A stretch of 64,000 bases of DNA from Candidatus Bipolaricaulota bacterium. GTDB taxonomy: Bacteria; Patescibacteriota; Patescibacteriia; UBA11705; DATKZF01. How positions within the stretch are numbered: the stretch's first letter is position 1; every line of letters starts with the position of its first letter. Location: positions 423,089 to 487,088 of the forward strand of contig DATKZF010000003.1 of assembly GCA_035528115.1 (NCBI GenBank), in the 5' to 3' direction. Shown here piece by piece: positions 17,913 through 31,231 of this stretch. The notes below the pieces were generated by a model that ran no database searches, was not told the DNA's origin, and saw only the letters and a list, made by a program, of their open reading frames with translations. A program made the translations under genes and the position numbers.

Positions 17913-19655
17913 TTAATCGCTGACTCTAAACACTTCTTCGATCGAAGTGATTCCATCCGCGGCTTTGAGCAAGCCGTCTTGAACCATGGTGATCATGCCT
18001 TGTTTGACGCCGAGTTCTTGAATGGAATATTCGGAGGCTTTTTCTTCCAAAATCAATTTTTCGATATCGGGATTCATGATTAATATTTCATAAATGCCGA
18101 GCCTGCCTTTATATTTCATGTTGTTGCACTCCGGGCACCCCTTGCCTCGATAAAATTTCAATTTGTTTAAATCCTTCGGCTTTTCCGGATTGGAGTCGGG
18201 TATAGCTTCCAATATTTTTTTAACTTTATCCAGAGTTTTTGCGTCAGGCTCGTATTCTTCTTTGCAGGCCTCGCAGATTTTTCTGGTTAAGCGTTGGCCG
18301 ATAATGGCGTTCAATGCCGGCGCCAGCAAAAATCCTTTGGAGCCGAGCGCCAAAAACCTGGGAATGGCGCCGGCCGCGCTATTGGTGTGAATGGTTGATA
18401 AAAGTAGATGGCCGGTTAAGGCCGCGTTGATGGCGATATCCGACGTTTCCAAATCTCTGATTTCGCCGATCATGATAATGTCAGGATCTTGCCTCATTAA
18501 TGATCTTAAGCCCTTGGCAAAATTGTAGCCCTTGGATGAATCCACCTGACTTTGGTTGATTCCTTCCAATTGATATTCGATCGGATCTTCCAAGGTGGCT
18601 ATTTTTACGTCTTGTTTATTCAGTTTATTCAAAATTGCGTAAAGCGTGGTGGTTTTACCCGAACCGGTCGGACCGGTGGTGATAATCATACCATTGGGAC
18701 GCGCCACTTCGATTTTTAATTTTTCATAGGCCTGGCCTCGCACGCCCAAATCATCAAAATTCAGACTGGTGGCGCTCGTGCGGAGCAATCTCATCACTAC
18801 GCTCTCACCATATTGCACGGGCAAAAATGAAGCGCGAACATCTATTTTTTCATCTTCGGTATCAATGCGAAACCGCCCGTCTTGAGGTTGATTGGTAATA
18901 TTGAGTTTTACTTTGGCCAAGAGTTTCAATCTGGAAATGACTTTCGGCCAATCTTCCTTTTTCAGTAAGGCGACATCATGCAATATACCATCAAGGCGGT
19001 ATCTGACTTTGATTTGCTTTTCTTCGGCTTCGACGTGAATATCCGAAGTGCCGGCTTGCAGGGCGGCGGCCACGATCAAGGCGACCATTTCCGTGGCATT
19101 GGTTTGTTCAATAACTTTTTGCAATTGAGTGAAATCCGTAAAGCCTTTTGAAAATTTGTTTAATTCTTCAGCTGATATTTCCACTCCCTTGGCGGAGGGT
19201 TTGATCTTTGGAATGCGTTTGTACATTTCCATGGCCGCGTCAAAGCCTTCTTGAGTGGATTGATATATTTCAACGTTGGCTTTTCGCCTTTCAGCTATTT
19301 GAAAAGACATTTCTTTGACTTTTTCATCTTGCGGACGGGGTGAAGCCAGTCTGATCTCATTGCCGATTTCCAAAAACACGAGCGCTTGCCGTTCCAGCGC
19401 TTGTTCTTCGGGAATAATGGACAGAGCTTCCGTGCTGATCGGAAAATTCATTAAATCAATGAACTGGATGCCTGCTGACATGGCTTGTTTTTCCACTTCT
19501 TCTTTTTTTTCCTTGCCGCGGATGGTTTTCATTTTTTGTTGAAATTTGGCTTGCGCCTCGTCTGTACCATCGTCCTTTTGGGAAGCTGATGACGATGATC
19601 CCAATACTGACGGATCCTTGAGCAAATCTTCAATTGATTGAGCTCCATTGGCCAT
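17913..19655 (-). CDS. pilB: Type IV pilus assembly ATPase PilB / GspE family
   Basis: SDIHVE, PQDGR, GPTGSGKTTTLY, EDPIEY, RQDPD, TGHL, tetra-Cys zinc motif. Confidence 0.9.
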   Translation of the reverse strand: MANGAQSIEDLLKDPSVLGSSSSASQKDDGTDEAQAKFQQKMKTIRGKEKKEEVEKQAMSAGIQFIDLMNFPISTEALSIIPEEQALERQALVFLEIGNEIRLASPRPQDEKVKEMSFQIAERRKANVEIYQSTQEGFDAAMEMYKRIPKIKPSAKGVEISAEELNKFSKGFTDFTQLQKVIEQTNATEMVALIVAAALQAGTSDIHVEAEEKQIKVRYRLDGILHDVALLKKEDWPKVISRLKLLAKVKLNITNQPQDGRFRIDTEDEKIDVRASFLPVQYGESVVMRLLRTSATSLNFDDLGVRGQAYEKLKIEVARPNGMIITTGPTGSGKTTTLYAILNKLNKQDVKIATLEDPIEYQLEGINQSQVDSSKGYNFAKGLRSLMRQDPDIIMIGEIRDLETSDIAINAALTGHLLLSTIHTNSAAGAIPRFLALGSKGFLLAPALNAIIGQRLTRKICEACKEEYEPDAKTLDKVKKILEAIPDSNPEKPKDLNKLKFYRGKGCPECNNMKYKGRLGIYEILIMNPDIEKLILEEKASEYSIQELGVKQGMITMVQDGLLKAADGITSIEEVFRVSD

Positions 19656-19804
19656 ATTTTTGGCAGATTAATATTTATTTTTTGTGAGGAAAAGATGAAC
19701 TCTTGCTATCATGATAGCCGTTTTTTGCGAATTTGACAATTATTGGAGAACAAATTAAAATATAGAGACTATAAAACCTCGGTTATTAGAAATAACGAGA
19801 AAAT

Positions 19805-20662
19805 ATGCCTAAGAAAAAAGAAGTCAAAGCGGTAGCGGCCGAAAGCGCTTCGAAGTCCGCGGAAAAACCGGTCGTAGTCGCGAAAAAAGAATCCAGAAAA
19901 AATTCTTCCATACCGGGTTGGGTGGCGGCCGGCATACTGTTTATCGCTGTTGTCGGATTATTTGTGTATGCTCAAAATTCAATCAGCAAAGCCAGTGAGG
20001 AAAAGAAAGCGATCGAAGGCCAGACCAGGGTTTTAAAAAACACCATCAATACTTTGGAGCAAAAAGTCAGTGATTTGAATGTTAAGACGCAAGACTTGGA
20101 AGAGAGCGCCAGAAAGAGCAATGAGTATTTGTTCGCCGAATCGATCAGCAAGAGAAAACTGCCTGATTCAGTGGAAACCAAAGATTGGCAGTTATATAAA
20201 GATGAGGAATGGAAAATGGAACTGGTCTATCCGAAGACTTGGCAAATGTCGCAGACGGCCGATCCCGAAAGTTCCAAGCCCGCTGAAGGCGCGGCCAAGG
20301 CCGAAGCGATGCGGGAAATGGTATTCGAGCCTATCGGTCAATCTTCTTTTATCAGAAGTCTGCAAATAATTCCCTACAATTTCGGTCAGGAAATGTCGCT
20401 GGAAGACAAGGTTAAATCATTTGAAGGAAAAGACGTTTTGGACAAGCAGGATTTTGAAGGCGGTAAATTGGTGTATTTCATAGAGCAGGCGAATGACATC
20501 GTTATTCCCACGGTAATGATTTTATCAGACAACGGCGATTATAAAGCGGTGTATCGCGTCAATGATTTGTTCAACGCCAAATACTTTGATTTTTTGACTG
20601 ATTTCGAAGCGATGATCGGCAAAATCAAGGTTTCTCCGAAAGTGGAAGTTCCGACTCCGTAA
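19805..20662 (+). CDS. Membrane-anchored coiled-coil hypothetical protein
   Basis: One TM, coiled coil, then WQLY..LVYPKTW (PsbP-like surface domain). Confidence 0.7.
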   Translation: MPKKKEVKAVAAESASKSAEKPVVVAKKESRKNSSIPGWVAAGILFIAVVGLFVYAQNSISKASEEKKAIEGQTRVLKNTINTLEQKVSDLNVKTQDLEESARKSNEYLFAESISKRKLPDSVETKDWQLYKDEEWKMELVYPKTWQMSQTADPESSKPAEGAAKAEAMREMVFEPIGQSSFIRSLQIIPYNFGQEMSLEDKVKSFEGKDVLDKQDFEGGKLVYFIEQANDIVIPTVMILSDNGDYKAVYRVNDLFNAKYFDFLTDFEAMIGKIKVSPKVEVPTP

Positions 20663-20684
20663 TTAAGACACTAATAATAAAAAA

Positions 20685-21770
20685 ATGTCTTTCTCCATAG
20701 GTATTGTAGGTTTGCCAAACGTCGGCAAATCTACTTTGTTTAAAGCCTTAACAAAAAAACAAATCGACATTGCCAATTATCCTTTTTGCACGATCGAGCC
20801 CAACGTGGGTTGCGTCAAAGTGCCGGACGAGCGTTTGGATAAATTGACGATATTTTCAAAATCGGAAAAAACAATCGCGACCACCATTAATTTTGTCGAT
20901 ATTGCCGGCTTGGTCAAGGGCGCGCATAAGGGCGAGGGACTGGGCAACCAGTTTTTGGCCAATATCAGAGAGGCTGACGCCATTTGCCATGTGGTCAGGC
21001 ATTTTACAAAAGGCGACATCATCCATGTCGAAGGCAAAGTCGATCCGGTTTCGGATTTTGAAGTGATTAAGATTGAATTGGTTTTTGCGGATTTGGCCAC
21101 CATAGACAAGCACATCCGCACGGTTGAAAAAAGCTTGAAAAGCACCAAACAAAATCAGGGAAAAGACGAGCGGGCGACTCTCGAGACATTGCAAAAAATA
21201 AAAATGGCTTTGGAGGAAGGAATACCGATCAATAAACAGGGCTTATCCGAAAAAGAGGCCGAGAGTATCAGCCACCTTGATTTATTGACGGCCAAGCCGT
21301 ATTTGATAGTGCTCAACGTCGATGAAGATGATTTGAAAAAAGATATTGAAATTCCTGAATTCAAAGATGAAACGGTCATTAAAATTTGCGCTCAGCTCGA
21401 AGCGGATTTGGCTGACATGCCGTCGGAAGAAGTTGATTTATATCTTAAGGAAATCGGCGAGGCGAATACCGGCCTTGATAAAATTATCGTGGCCGCTTAT
21501 GAATTATTGAATTTGATCACTTTTCTTACCACCGGGCCGGATGAAACCAGAGCTTGGACCATTACGAAAGGGACATTGGCTCCGCAAGCGGCCGGGAAAA
21601 TTCATACTGATTTTGAAAGAGGCTTTATCGCGGCCGAAGTCATCAATTGGCAAGAATTGCTTGATGCCGGTTCGGAAGCCGCGGCCAAAGAAAAGGGTTT
21701 GCTTAGGCTGGAAGGCAAGGTGTATGAAGTTAAGGATGGAGATGTGTGCGTGTTTCGCTTCAACGTATAG
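20685..21770 (+). CDS. ychF: Redox-regulated ATPase YchF
   Basis: GIVGLPNVGKSTLF, NYPFCTIEPN, DIAGLV, AAGKIHTDF, TGS domain. Confidence 0.97.
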   Translation: MSFSIGIVGLPNVGKSTLFKALTKKQIDIANYPFCTIEPNVGCVKVPDERLDKLTIFSKSEKTIATTINFVDIAGLVKGAHKGEGLGNQFLANIREADAICHVVRHFTKGDIIHVEGKVDPVSDFEVIKIELVFADLATIDKHIRTVEKSLKSTKQNQGKDERATLETLQKIKMALEEGIPINKQGLSEKEAESISHLDLLTAKPYLIVLNVDEDDLKKDIEIPEFKDETVIKICAQLEADLADMPSEEVDLYLKEIGEANTGLDKIIVAAYELLNLITFLTTGPDETRAWTITKGTLAPQAAGKIHTDFERGFIAAEVINWQELLDAGSEAAAKEKGLLRLEGKVYEVKDGDVCVFRFNV

Positions 21771-21863
21771 TTACGAATAATCGCATCACAGCGGCCAAGC
21801 TTGGTTTTAGTTTAAATGTTTTTATTACGAATAGTTACAAATGAGCTTGGAATAATACGCTAT

Positions 21864-21890
21864 AAAAAAAACGGCCGAAAGGCCGTTTTT
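21864..21890. terminator. Bidirectional terminator
   Basis: aaaaaaaacggcc gaaa ggccgttttt. Confidence 0.8.
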
Positions 21891-21907
21891 ATTTTGAACT
21901 TGTCACG

Positions 21908-24121
21908 TTATTTGCGATAAAATTTCATTGATAAAGAATTTGTCACCACGCTCACCGAGGAAAAAGCCATGGCCAGCGCGGCAATGGCCGGATTGAGCAG
22001 CCAGCCGGTCAGGGGAAATAAAATTCCGGCGGCGATGGGAATGCCGATCGCGTTGTAGAAAAACGCCCAAAACAAATTTTGCTTTATTTTTCTCAAAGTG
22101 TATTTGCTGATATCAATCGCATTGACCACGTCATTCAAGTCATTTTTGACCAAAACGATTTCTCCGGTTTCGAGCGCCACGTCAGTGCCGGAGCCGATGG
22201 CAATGCCAAGATCCGCTTGCGCCAGCGCGGGCGCGTCATTGATGCCGTCACCAACCATGGCCACTATATTGCCCGCTGATTGCAGTTTCTTAACCTCGGC
22301 CGCCTTGTCTTGAGGCAGAATTTCCGCCAAAACTTCATCAATGCCCAGTTGCTTGGCGATCGCCTCCGCGACTTGCCGATTATCGCCCGTTATCATGGCG
22401 ATTTTTATTTTTCTTTTTTTCAAATTCTCAATCGCTTCTTTGGCTTCGGGTTTGACCGTGTCGGCGATGGCGATAATTCCGATTATCGATTTATTTTCGG
22501 AGATCAAGATCGCGGTCCGTCCATCATTTTCCAGTCGTTTCATTTTTTCATTCGCTCCTGAAATATCAATTTCGTTTTCTTTCATTAAATTACGAGTGCC
22601 AATCAGTATTTTTTTATCGTTCACGGTCGCGAGAACGCCTTTGCCTGCAATTTCATTAAATTCTGAAAATTGATTCAGCGTTAAATTTTTTTCTTTGGCC
22701 GCGCGCGTCACAGCTTGAGCCAGCGGGTGAGTGGAATTTTTTTCTACTGAGGCGGCGAGCGTCAATAATTCATTCTCATCGCCGATCAATGGCGCTATAT
22801 CAACCACTTTGGGTTCTCCTCGAGTCAGGGTGCCGGTTTTATCAAAGACAACCGTGTTTATTTTTCTGGCGATTTCCAGAGCTTTCGATGTTTTGATTAA
22901 AATTCCGCGCTTTGAAGCCAAGCCCGAGCCCATCATGACCGCGGTCGGCGTGGCCAGCCCCAGCGCGCACGGGCAAGCGATGATCAGCACGGAAATAAAG
23001 GTCGTCAGAGACAAAATCAAATCATTTCTGAAAATCATCCAAGAGAGAAAAGACAGTAAAGCGATGCCCAAAACGGTCGGCACGAAATAAAGCGAGACTT
23101 TGTCGGCCAAAAGCTGAATCGGCGCTTTGGAAGAAAGCGCGTCTTCGACTATTTTGATTATTTGCGCCAACATGGTTTCATTGCCGACTTTGGTGGCTTT
23201 TATTTTCAATAAGCCGGAAACATTGATGGTGGCGCCTATTACGGAGTCCCCCTCATTCTTTCCTACCGGAATACTCTCGCCGGTAATGGCTTTTTCATCC
23301 ACGCTGGATCGGCCTTCAATGATCAAGCCGTCCGTGGGAATTTTTTCGCCCGGTTTAACCAACATAATGTCGCCTTTTTGGATTTGCTCGATCAATACTT
23401 TTTGTTCTTGTCCGGCTTTAATCAAAGTGGCTTCTTTGGCGGTCAATCCGATCAAGCTTTTGACCGCTTCGCCGGCTTTGCCTTTGGTTTTTGTCTCCAG
23501 ATACTCGCCGAGAGTGATGAATGTCAGAATGAAAACGGAGCTTTCAAAATATAAATGAAACGGCAGGTTGCCGATAGCCAAAAATTTCAGCGCCAAGGCG
23601 GTGACGCTGTAAAAATAAGCGGCGGCAGTGCCGAGGAATATGAGCGAATCCATGTTGGGCTTTAATTTGAATAAATTTTTCGCGCCGAATTTCCAGATTG
23701 AAAAATTTATTAAAATCACGGCCGAAGAAAGCGCGAATTGAATCAAGAAATTTGCGTTTGACGGCAATTTGAAAATAGGCAAACCGATCATTGGCCCCAT
23801 TGAAAAAATTATGATGGGCAATGATAAGATCAGCGACCATAAAAATCTTATTTTTAGTTTTTTGCCGCCATGTTCGTGTTCATGCCCGGCTTTTAAGTAT
23901 TCCGATTCTCTGGCCAGATAGCCTTGTTTCTTGATTTCGTTTTTTATTTTTTCCACGTTTATTTTTTCCGGGTCAAATCCAACGGTCGCTTTTTCCGTGG
24001 CATAGTTAACGGAGGCATCATGAATACCGTCGACCTTCTTTAATGATTGTTCAATGTTGATCGCGCAGCTTTGACAATGCATGCCGGAGATTGAAAAAGA
24101 AATCCTTTGATGATTATTCAT
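21908..24121 (-). CDS. copA: Copper-translocating P1B-type ATPase
   Basis: [36 protein letters not shown]; start moved to MNNHQ. Confidence 0.93.
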   Translation of the reverse strand: MNNHQRISFSISGMHCQSCAINIEQSLKKVDGIHDASVNYATEKATVGFDPEKINVEKIKNEIKKQGYLARESEYLKAGHEHEHGGKKLKIRFLWSLILSLPIIIFSMGPMIGLPIFKLPSNANFLIQFALSSAVILINFSIWKFGAKNLFKLKPNMDSLIFLGTAAAYFYSVTALALKFLAIGNLPFHLYFESSVFILTFITLGEYLETKTKGKAGEAVKSLIGLTAKEATLIKAGQEQKVLIEQIQKGDIMLVKPGEKIPTDGLIIEGRSSVDEKAITGESIPVGKNEGDSVIGATINVSGLLKIKATKVGNETMLAQIIKIVEDALSSKAPIQLLADKVSLYFVPTVLGIALLSFLSWMIFRNDLILSLTTFISVLIIACPCALGLATPTAVMMGSGLASKRGILIKTSKALEIARKINTVVFDKTGTLTRGEPKVVDIAPLIGDENELLTLAASVEKNSTHPLAQAVTRAAKEKNLTLNQFSEFNEIAGKGVLATVNDKKILIGTRNLMKENEIDISGANEKMKRLENDGRTAILISENKSIIGIIAIADTVKPEAKEAIENLKKRKIKIAMITGDNRQVAEAIAKQLGIDEVLAEILPQDKAAEVKKLQSAGNIVAMVGDGINDAPALAQADLGIAIGSGTDVALETGEIVLVKNDLNDVVNAIDISKYTLRKIKQNLFWAFFYNAIGIPIAAGILFPLTGWLLNPAIAALAMAFSSVSVVTNSLSMKFYRK

Positions 24122-24125
24122 ATGA

Positions 24126-25583
24126 TTATTGAGCGCCGATGAGGCTGTTGCAGCTTTCACTTTCAGCCGAACAGGAGTCACCGGCAGGGGTTACATTTTT
24201 TTGATATAAGTTTTGATCGATTTTCGTCGAATCTTGATCGGTGATAATGAATTTGCCCCAGACCATTTGCATTGAGCAACTGAATTTGATTTCTCCGGTT
24301 TTTTGGGGCGTAAATTCAATCACGTTTTCTCCCAAAGCCAGTTTTTTTCTGATGTTATAATCCGGCATGAGAATTTCATTTGTGCATCCGCTGATTTGCT
24401 TTACATTGATGACCCAGCGGACCGGGATATTTTTTTTGATATACAAGACATTGGGTGAATATCCGCTGTAGGTCAGATCCATGTTTACGGTTTGATATTC
24501 CTTGACGTCCCCGGTCACCAGATATTCGGTTTTTGAGGAGTTGTGTTGGAAAATCCCGCCAAAGCCCGCGCCGAAATTGGTCAGGCCGCGATTGAACATC
24601 ATCACTCCCAACATTATAACCACCAACCCGGAATATTTCATCAGTTTGGCGATTTGAGAGCCTTTGATTTTTGAAATCAAATTTCCGAAAATGAACATGA
24701 TGGGAATGGTGCCGGCCGCAAATAGCGCCAAGGACAAGGCGCCGCGCCAAAAACTGCCGGAAGCCAAGGCGTAAATTTGCATGGCTTGGAGCGGCCCGCA
24801 AGGCATGAAGCCGTTAACAAGTCCGATGACAAACGGCCCTTTGGGTTTTTCGGATTTTTTTTGGCTGAAAAGATATTTGGCAATGAACCCGGGCGTTCGC
24901 AGTTGAATTTTTTGTAAAATTTTGAAATTGGTAAAAAGCGAAATTCCCATGACAACCATCAATAGTCCGGCGATAATGGTGACAATGCCCGTAAAAGTGG
25001 GATTGATGCCAAAAAACGAACCAACACCGCCCAAAATTCCGCCGATAACCGAATAGGAAATCAGGCGGCCGATATTATAGCTTAAATGTCCCAGTCTCTT
25101 GGTCTTCTGATCTCGGCCGTCTTTGTTCATGGCCGCGCTGTAAGTGACCACCAATCCGCCGCACATGCCCACGCAGTGAAATCCGGCCAAAAGCCCGATG
25201 ACAAAAATGAGCCAGTAACTGACGCGCGGTTCGTTCAGTTGGGACAAAAGTTCGAAAAACCCCAATTTTGAAATAAGCAGATAAGCCAGAAAAAGTCCGA
25301 CAATCAGCGCCAGCGGCCACGCCAGCTTTTTTATTTTTTTACTCGAGTCGTCTTTGGCGTTGTCAATGAGAACTTCTTGCGCTCGATAATCCAATTTTTC
25401 AATGTTTTCTATAATGGAGCTTTTTGATATTTTAGAATCATCGAATTTTATCTGCGCGAAATTTTTTGAAAAGTCCACACTCACTTCTTTGACACCGTCC
25501 AGACTTTTTAATTCAGTTTCTATTTTTATGGCGCAGCTCGAGCAATGCATGCCTTTGATTTTTATTCGAAGTGAATTTTCCAT
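24126..25583 (-). CDS. HMA + DsbD_2 (TauE/SafE-like) + cupredoxin fusion membrane protein
   Basis: GMHCSSC; HCVGMCG; PCGPLQ; FSCSMQM. Confidence 0.88.
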   Translation of the reverse strand: MENSLRIKIKGMHCSSCAIKIETELKSLDGVKEVSVDFSKNFAQIKFDDSKISKSSIIENIEKLDYRAQEVLIDNAKDDSSKKIKKLAWPLALIVGLFLAYLLISKLGFFELLSQLNEPRVSYWLIFVIGLLAGFHCVGMCGGLVVTYSAAMNKDGRDQKTKRLGHLSYNIGRLISYSVIGGILGGVGSFFGINPTFTGIVTIIAGLLMVVMGISLFTNFKILQKIQLRTPGFIAKYLFSQKKSEKPKGPFVIGLVNGFMPCGPLQAMQIYALASGSFWRGALSLALFAAGTIPIMFIFGNLISKIKGSQIAKLMKYSGLVVIMLGVMMFNRGLTNFGAGFGGIFQHNSSKTEYLVTGDVKEYQTVNMDLTYSGYSPNVLYIKKNIPVRWVINVKQISGCTNEILMPDYNIRKKLALGENVIEFTPQKTGEIKFSCSMQMVWGKFIITDQDSTKIDQNLYQKNVTPAGDSCSAESESCNSLIGAQ

Positions 25584-25585
25584 AA

Positions 25586-25858
25586 TTATTTATTTAAAAG
25601 TTTGCTGACGCGCAAGATTTCAGTGATCATGGATTGTTGTTTTGAAGTGTTTTTGGCGGCCATGGCGTCTTTGAAACACGATCCCAAGTGGCCTTCCATC
25701 AAAAGCTGATGGGCGGATTTTAAAAGTCCGATCACGGCCAAGTTTTGTTGCATGATATCAACGCAGTATTTGTCATTTTCTATCATGTCGATGATTTTTT
25801 GAATGTGAGTTTTGGCTTTTTTGAAGTTAATCAAAGCTTTTTCTTTTTGAGGGGTCAT
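25586..25858 (-). CDS. csoR: CsoR family metal-sensing repressor
   Basis: YCVDIMQQ..HLGSC copper ligands; first gene of the copper operon. Confidence 0.9.
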   Translation of the reverse strand: MTPQKEKALINFKKAKTHIQKIIDMIENDKYCVDIMQQNLAVIGLLKSAHQLLMEGHLGSCFKDAMAAKNTSKQQSMITEILRVSKLLNK

Positions 25859-25878
25859 AGTTTATTCGATTATTATTT

Positions 25879-25920
25879 ATTACCTATACCTATGGTATAG
25901 GTAATTTAAAAAACTGTCAA
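25879..25920 (-). promoter_or_regulatory. Probable CsoR operator overlapping the promoter
   Basis: Perfect 12-bp inverted repeat attacctatacc-tat-ggtataggtaat over the -10 of TTGACA-17-TACCAT. Confidence 0.8.
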
Positions 25921-25940
25921 GCGGTTGTCCACAGAAATAC

Positions 25941-25964
25941 AAAAACGGCCCAAAGGCCGTTTTT
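25941..25964. terminator. Terminator after groL
   Basis: aaaaacggcc caaa ggccgttttt. Confidence 0.8.
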
Positions 25965-25985
25965 GATATTTTGATTTAACTTTTA

Positions 25986-27644
<1,659 letters not shown>

Positions 27645-27697
27645 TTATGATTAAATTTAGTTACCAATGGTTACGAATTTACAAATTGGACAAATAC

Positions 27698-27982
27698 TTA
27701 TTCAATGACAGCCAGAATGTCCGATTCGGACAAGACAAGCAATTCCTGACCGTCAACCTTTATTTCTTGAGGACTGTATTTGGTAAACAGCACTTTATCG
27801 CCGACTTTCACTTCCATGGCCACGCGCTGCCCGTTATCGAGTAATCTGCCCGGACCCACGGAAATCACTTCTCCTTTTTCCGGCTTTTCTTTATCAACCG
27901 TTTCGGGAATGATGATGCCGGAAGCAGTTTCTTCCTTGGTGATCGGTTTGATGACGAGTTTGTCTGATAATGGTTTCAACAT
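27698..27982 (-). CDS. groS: Co-chaperonin GroES
   Basis: LKPL.D, TASGIIIP, VGPG, VKVGDKV. Confidence 0.98.
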   Translation of the reverse strand: MLKPLSDKLVIKPITKEETASGIIIPETVDKEKPEKGEVISVGPGRLLDNGQRVAMEVKVGDKVLFTKYSPQEIKVDGQELLVLSESDILAVIE

Positions 27983-28195
27983 ATTTTGAAGCTACAAGAT
28001 GTACAAGATTTATATACAAGATATTACGAGATTACAAGATTTAGTATTTTGTACTATCTCGTACGCGGATCCGGCACATCTAGGAGCAGTTAAAAAAGAT
28101 TATTTAATCTTATAACTTTATCAGCACCAATGTCAATAGCTTGAAATATCGCGGAAAATAAAAAAAGTCTTTATTTTAAAGCTTTTTGAGTTAAA

Positions 28196-29530
28196 TTAAA
28201 GGGTGTCTTTTTCTTGAGAGGTGTCTTTTATGAGCAAAGTTGAAAAAACGAGCAGTAAATTACCGAAATATAAGCTCCAAAGGAAATGGTCGAAAAGCCC
28301 GATAACACCCAGAGCGATAATCATGGCCAGAGGAAAAACGATGTCCGTTTCCTCCAAGCGTTTTTTTATTTTTGAAAAAGTTTTTTTCATTGGCAGAGCG
28401 ATTAATATGATAATCGTGGCGAAAGTTATGGCGCCCAGCTCGATGATCGCCAATAACAACGAGTTATGAACGGGTTGAAGTTCGAAAGCTCGCCAGTCCG
28501 GGTGAATTTTCGACAAAGAAACCGTATAGTCGCCGAGGCCGGCGCCGAACCAAGTGCTTGATTTGAAAATTTCCCAGGAGTCGTTATATCCGGAAATTCT
28601 TTCGTTGACCGATTTTATTTCCAAACGTTGGTCGATTTTCAATCTGGTCATTACAAGATCCGACTTGGCCACGGAAAAAGCCAGGGTGATGAAAAGCAGG
28701 GCGACCGTGATTTTATTGATTGACGTTTTATGCTTTAGCCATGATTCATTTTTTCTAGCCAGCATGACCAGGGCGAAAATCAGAGATATCGCGAAGGCCA
28801 GCCAGGCCGCTCTGGAAAAGGTAACGAGCAAGGCCGTGAAAATGGTGATAAAGGACGCCAGTAAAATATTTTTTTTGTTTTTTACTGATTCTTCGAAATA
28901 TTGCCAGACGACAAACAGTAAAACAATGACTAAAAATCCGGCTAAAATATTGGGATGAGGCAGCGCGCCGAAAGCTCGAAGCGTACGGCCCGCTGAAGTT
29001 TCCACCACTGATACGCCGAGCGTCTGCGGATTCTGCGCGGCCATGCCCAGCCATTTATTGGCCGAAACGGTTTGATTGAAAAACTGGTTGATGGCCAATG
29101 CCCCTTGAATCAGTCCGGCTGAGATAACGGCCCAGCAAAATTTCTTTTTATTAAAGGGAAGATAAATTATGAGCAGAGAAAAAGCCAAAGTCGAGCCTAA
29201 AATCGTTAATTTATAAAATGAATAGCTTTGATTTTGAGAAAAATAAATATTGGTTGCCAAGGCCAACGTGACAATGACAGTGGCAATGAGGGTTTTTTTG
29301 ATCTTGATTTTTTTTGATATTTTATTTAACCCGCCATTTTTGAAAAAATAAATCAATGACGCGGCGATGAGAATGAAAAGAAGAATTTGCGTGGCGTACA
29401 ATGACCGAGTTTGATATTCTAAATATTCTCCGCGCCAAACGCCCGGTTCGAAAATCCAGCGCGTCTGCCAAGGCAGCAGGAAAATAAAAGCGTAAAAAAG
29501 CCATTCAATTATTTTTTGCAGTTTCTTCAT
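28196..29530 (-). CDS. O-antigen ligase (Wzy_C) family membrane protein
   Basis: RAFG..PHPNILAG, TFSRAAW, GAGLG, HN..L....ELG. Confidence 0.85.
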   Translation of the reverse strand: MKKLQKIIEWLFYAFIFLLPWQTRWIFEPGVWRGEYLEYQTRSLYATQILLFILIAASLIYFFKNGGLNKISKKIKIKKTLIATVIVTLALATNIYFSQNQSYSFYKLTILGSTLAFSLLIIYLPFNKKKFCWAVISAGLIQGALAINQFFNQTVSANKWLGMAAQNPQTLGVSVVETSAGRTLRAFGALPHPNILAGFLVIVLLFVVWQYFEESVKNKKNILLASFITIFTALLVTFSRAAWLAFAISLIFALVMLARKNESWLKHKTSINKITVALLFITLAFSVAKSDLVMTRLKIDQRLEIKSVNERISGYNDSWEIFKSSTWFGAGLGDYTVSLSKIHPDWRAFELQPVHNSLLLAIIELGAITFATIIILIALPMKKTFSKIKKRLEETDIVFPLAMIIALGVIGLFDHFLWSLYFGNLLLVFSTLLIKDTSQEKDTL

Positions 29531-30476
29531 AATATTTTAAAATCGATTCGTATCTGAGTTTGAATTTACGATTGTATTCCAGCCTCCGATCGTTTGAGTG
29601 CATTTTGATGATGTCGTCTTGCAAAATTACGTCCGTGGTCGGTTCATCGGCCGCGGCTTTCAATTTCGGAGGTAAAATATTAAGTTGGTATTTTTTCGCG
29701 ACAGCTTCCATGGCCGAGCGATGGCGGGACGTTTTTAGAGTGGAGCGGATTTTGTTTTCGGCGGTTGTTTTGATGGTTCTCCTGTCGCTTATCGGCGAAG
29801 CCAGGTGGTTCGGCAAATATTTCTTCACCCAACGATTATGAAAAGTAAAGCAGATGTTTTTCCTGATGAAAATCGGATAAAACTGCGCTTGCCAGTAAAT
29901 AAAATGGATGTCCGTTTTTTCCGATTGGTATTTTTCGAGTGAGAGGCTGTCTTCGGACAGAAAAAAACTCATGCAGATTTTGTTTTTGAAATCGTCATCG
30001 GTCGGTCTTTGACCGAGCAGTTCCATGGCCGAGACGGCCAAGAGCCTGGTTAGCCATAATGTTTTCGGTCGGCAAAATATCGCCAAGTCAATATCGCTTT
30101 CTTCGCGCGAATTGCTGTATGCCAGTGTATTGCAGACGCAGATCATTTGAATAAACGGAATTTTTGATAACAGAAAGAAAAGCTTTCGCGCTTTCTTGAA
30201 TTTTTTTTCCGCTATTTTGTATCTGGTTTTCCTGAGAGAGACCGAATTTTCTTTGCCGCGCAAAAAATAAAAACCCTGTCGGGTTTGTATTTTTTTTTGA
30301 AGAGTCGCCGAGGTTTCAAGCAATCGTTTGATTTGAAACAATTCGGCGTCGAGCGGATCGCCTTGCGGCGAAAGCAAATATTTATAAACTTCAAAAGCGG
30401 TCAGCGGATATGAAAAAATGTCAAAATAGACGATCGTGGCCAAGATGGCCTTTTCTTCTCTCGACAAGTCTTTCAT
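29505..30476 (-). CDS. Hypothetical protein with nucleotidyltransferase-like motif
   Basis: TIVYFDIFSYPLT N-terminus and LAY.N....SDIDL motif. Confidence 0.6.
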   Translation of the reverse strand: MKDLSREEKAILATIVYFDIFSYPLTAFEVYKYLLSPQGDPLDAELFQIKRLLETSATLQKKIQTRQGFYFLRGKENSVSLRKTRYKIAEKKFKKARKLFFLLSKIPFIQMICVCNTLAYSNSREESDIDLAIFCRPKTLWLTRLLAVSAMELLGQRPTDDDFKNKICMSFFLSEDSLSLEKYQSEKTDIHFIYWQAQFYPIFIRKNICFTFHNRWVKKYLPNHLASPISDRRTIKTTAENKIRSTLKTSRHRSAMEAVAKKYQLNILPPKLKAAADEPTTDVILQDDIIKMHSNDRRLEYNRKFKLRYESILKYYEETAKNN

Positions 30477-30496
30477 ATATGAATTTGGGATCTCGA

Positions 30497-31222
30497 TTAA
30501 ACGGTTTCTGTTTTGGCGCTTTTAAAAATCATGTATTGCTGAAGCGCGGTCAGCACCGTGGTGACCAGCCAGTATAAGGCGAGGCCTCCGGGTAATTGCA
30601 AACCTATGAAAAAGGTGATGGCGGGCATGAAATATTTCATGGATTTGTTCATGCCGGCCAGCATGGACTCGTCTTTGGAGCCGGCGTCCACTTTTTTGGG
30701 CTGCGGCGTGATCGGCAGCATTCTGGCTTGAAAATATTGAGCGATGGCCGCCGCGGCAGCCAGATAGACGCTCGGCAGAGACAAGTCCAGGATGCCGAAA
30801 AACATGGAATTGACCTGTCCCGGGTTTTGCACGAACGGATATAACAAATCAAAACCGTTATTGGACAAACCGTTGCGAAAAACTTGATAAACCGCGAGCA
30901 AAAAAGGTAATTGAATAATCAGCGGCAAACACGATGACAGCGGATTAACTTTCTGTTCCTTATAAAGCTTCATCGTTTCCTCGGTCATTTTTTGCTTATC
31001 AGCTCCGTATTTGCTTTTGAGCTCAGCCAGTTTGGGTTGCAACTTTTGCATTTCTTTTTGAGATTTCAAGGCTCGAGCGGAAAGCGGCAACAAAATCACT
31101 TTGATGATTATGGTTAAAGCTATGATGGCCAAGCCGATGTCTTGACCGGGGATGACGTTATACAGCCAAATCAAAAGATTATATAAGGGCTGATATAATA
31201 CGGTGTTGAATAATTGAATCAT
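30497..31222 (-). CDS. yidC: Membrane protein insertase YidC
   Basis: GLAIIALT, LQPKL, NPLSSCLP..IQLP, GLALYW. Confidence 0.95.
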   Translation of the reverse strand: MIQLFNTVLYQPLYNLLIWLYNVIPGQDIGLAIIALTIIIKVILLPLSARALKSQKEMQKLQPKLAELKSKYGADKQKMTEETMKLYKEQKVNPLSSCLPLIIQLPFLLAVYQVFRNGLSNNGFDLLYPFVQNPGQVNSMFFGILDLSLPSVYLAAAAAIAQYFQARMLPITPQPKKVDAGSKDESMLAGMNKSMKYFMPAITFFIGLQLPGGLALYWLVTTVLTALQQYMIFKSAKTETV

Positions 31223-31231
31223 AATTTATTT

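Noticed and set aside
28115-28145. CIRCE element before groS
   Set aside because: Only a degenerate half site is present.
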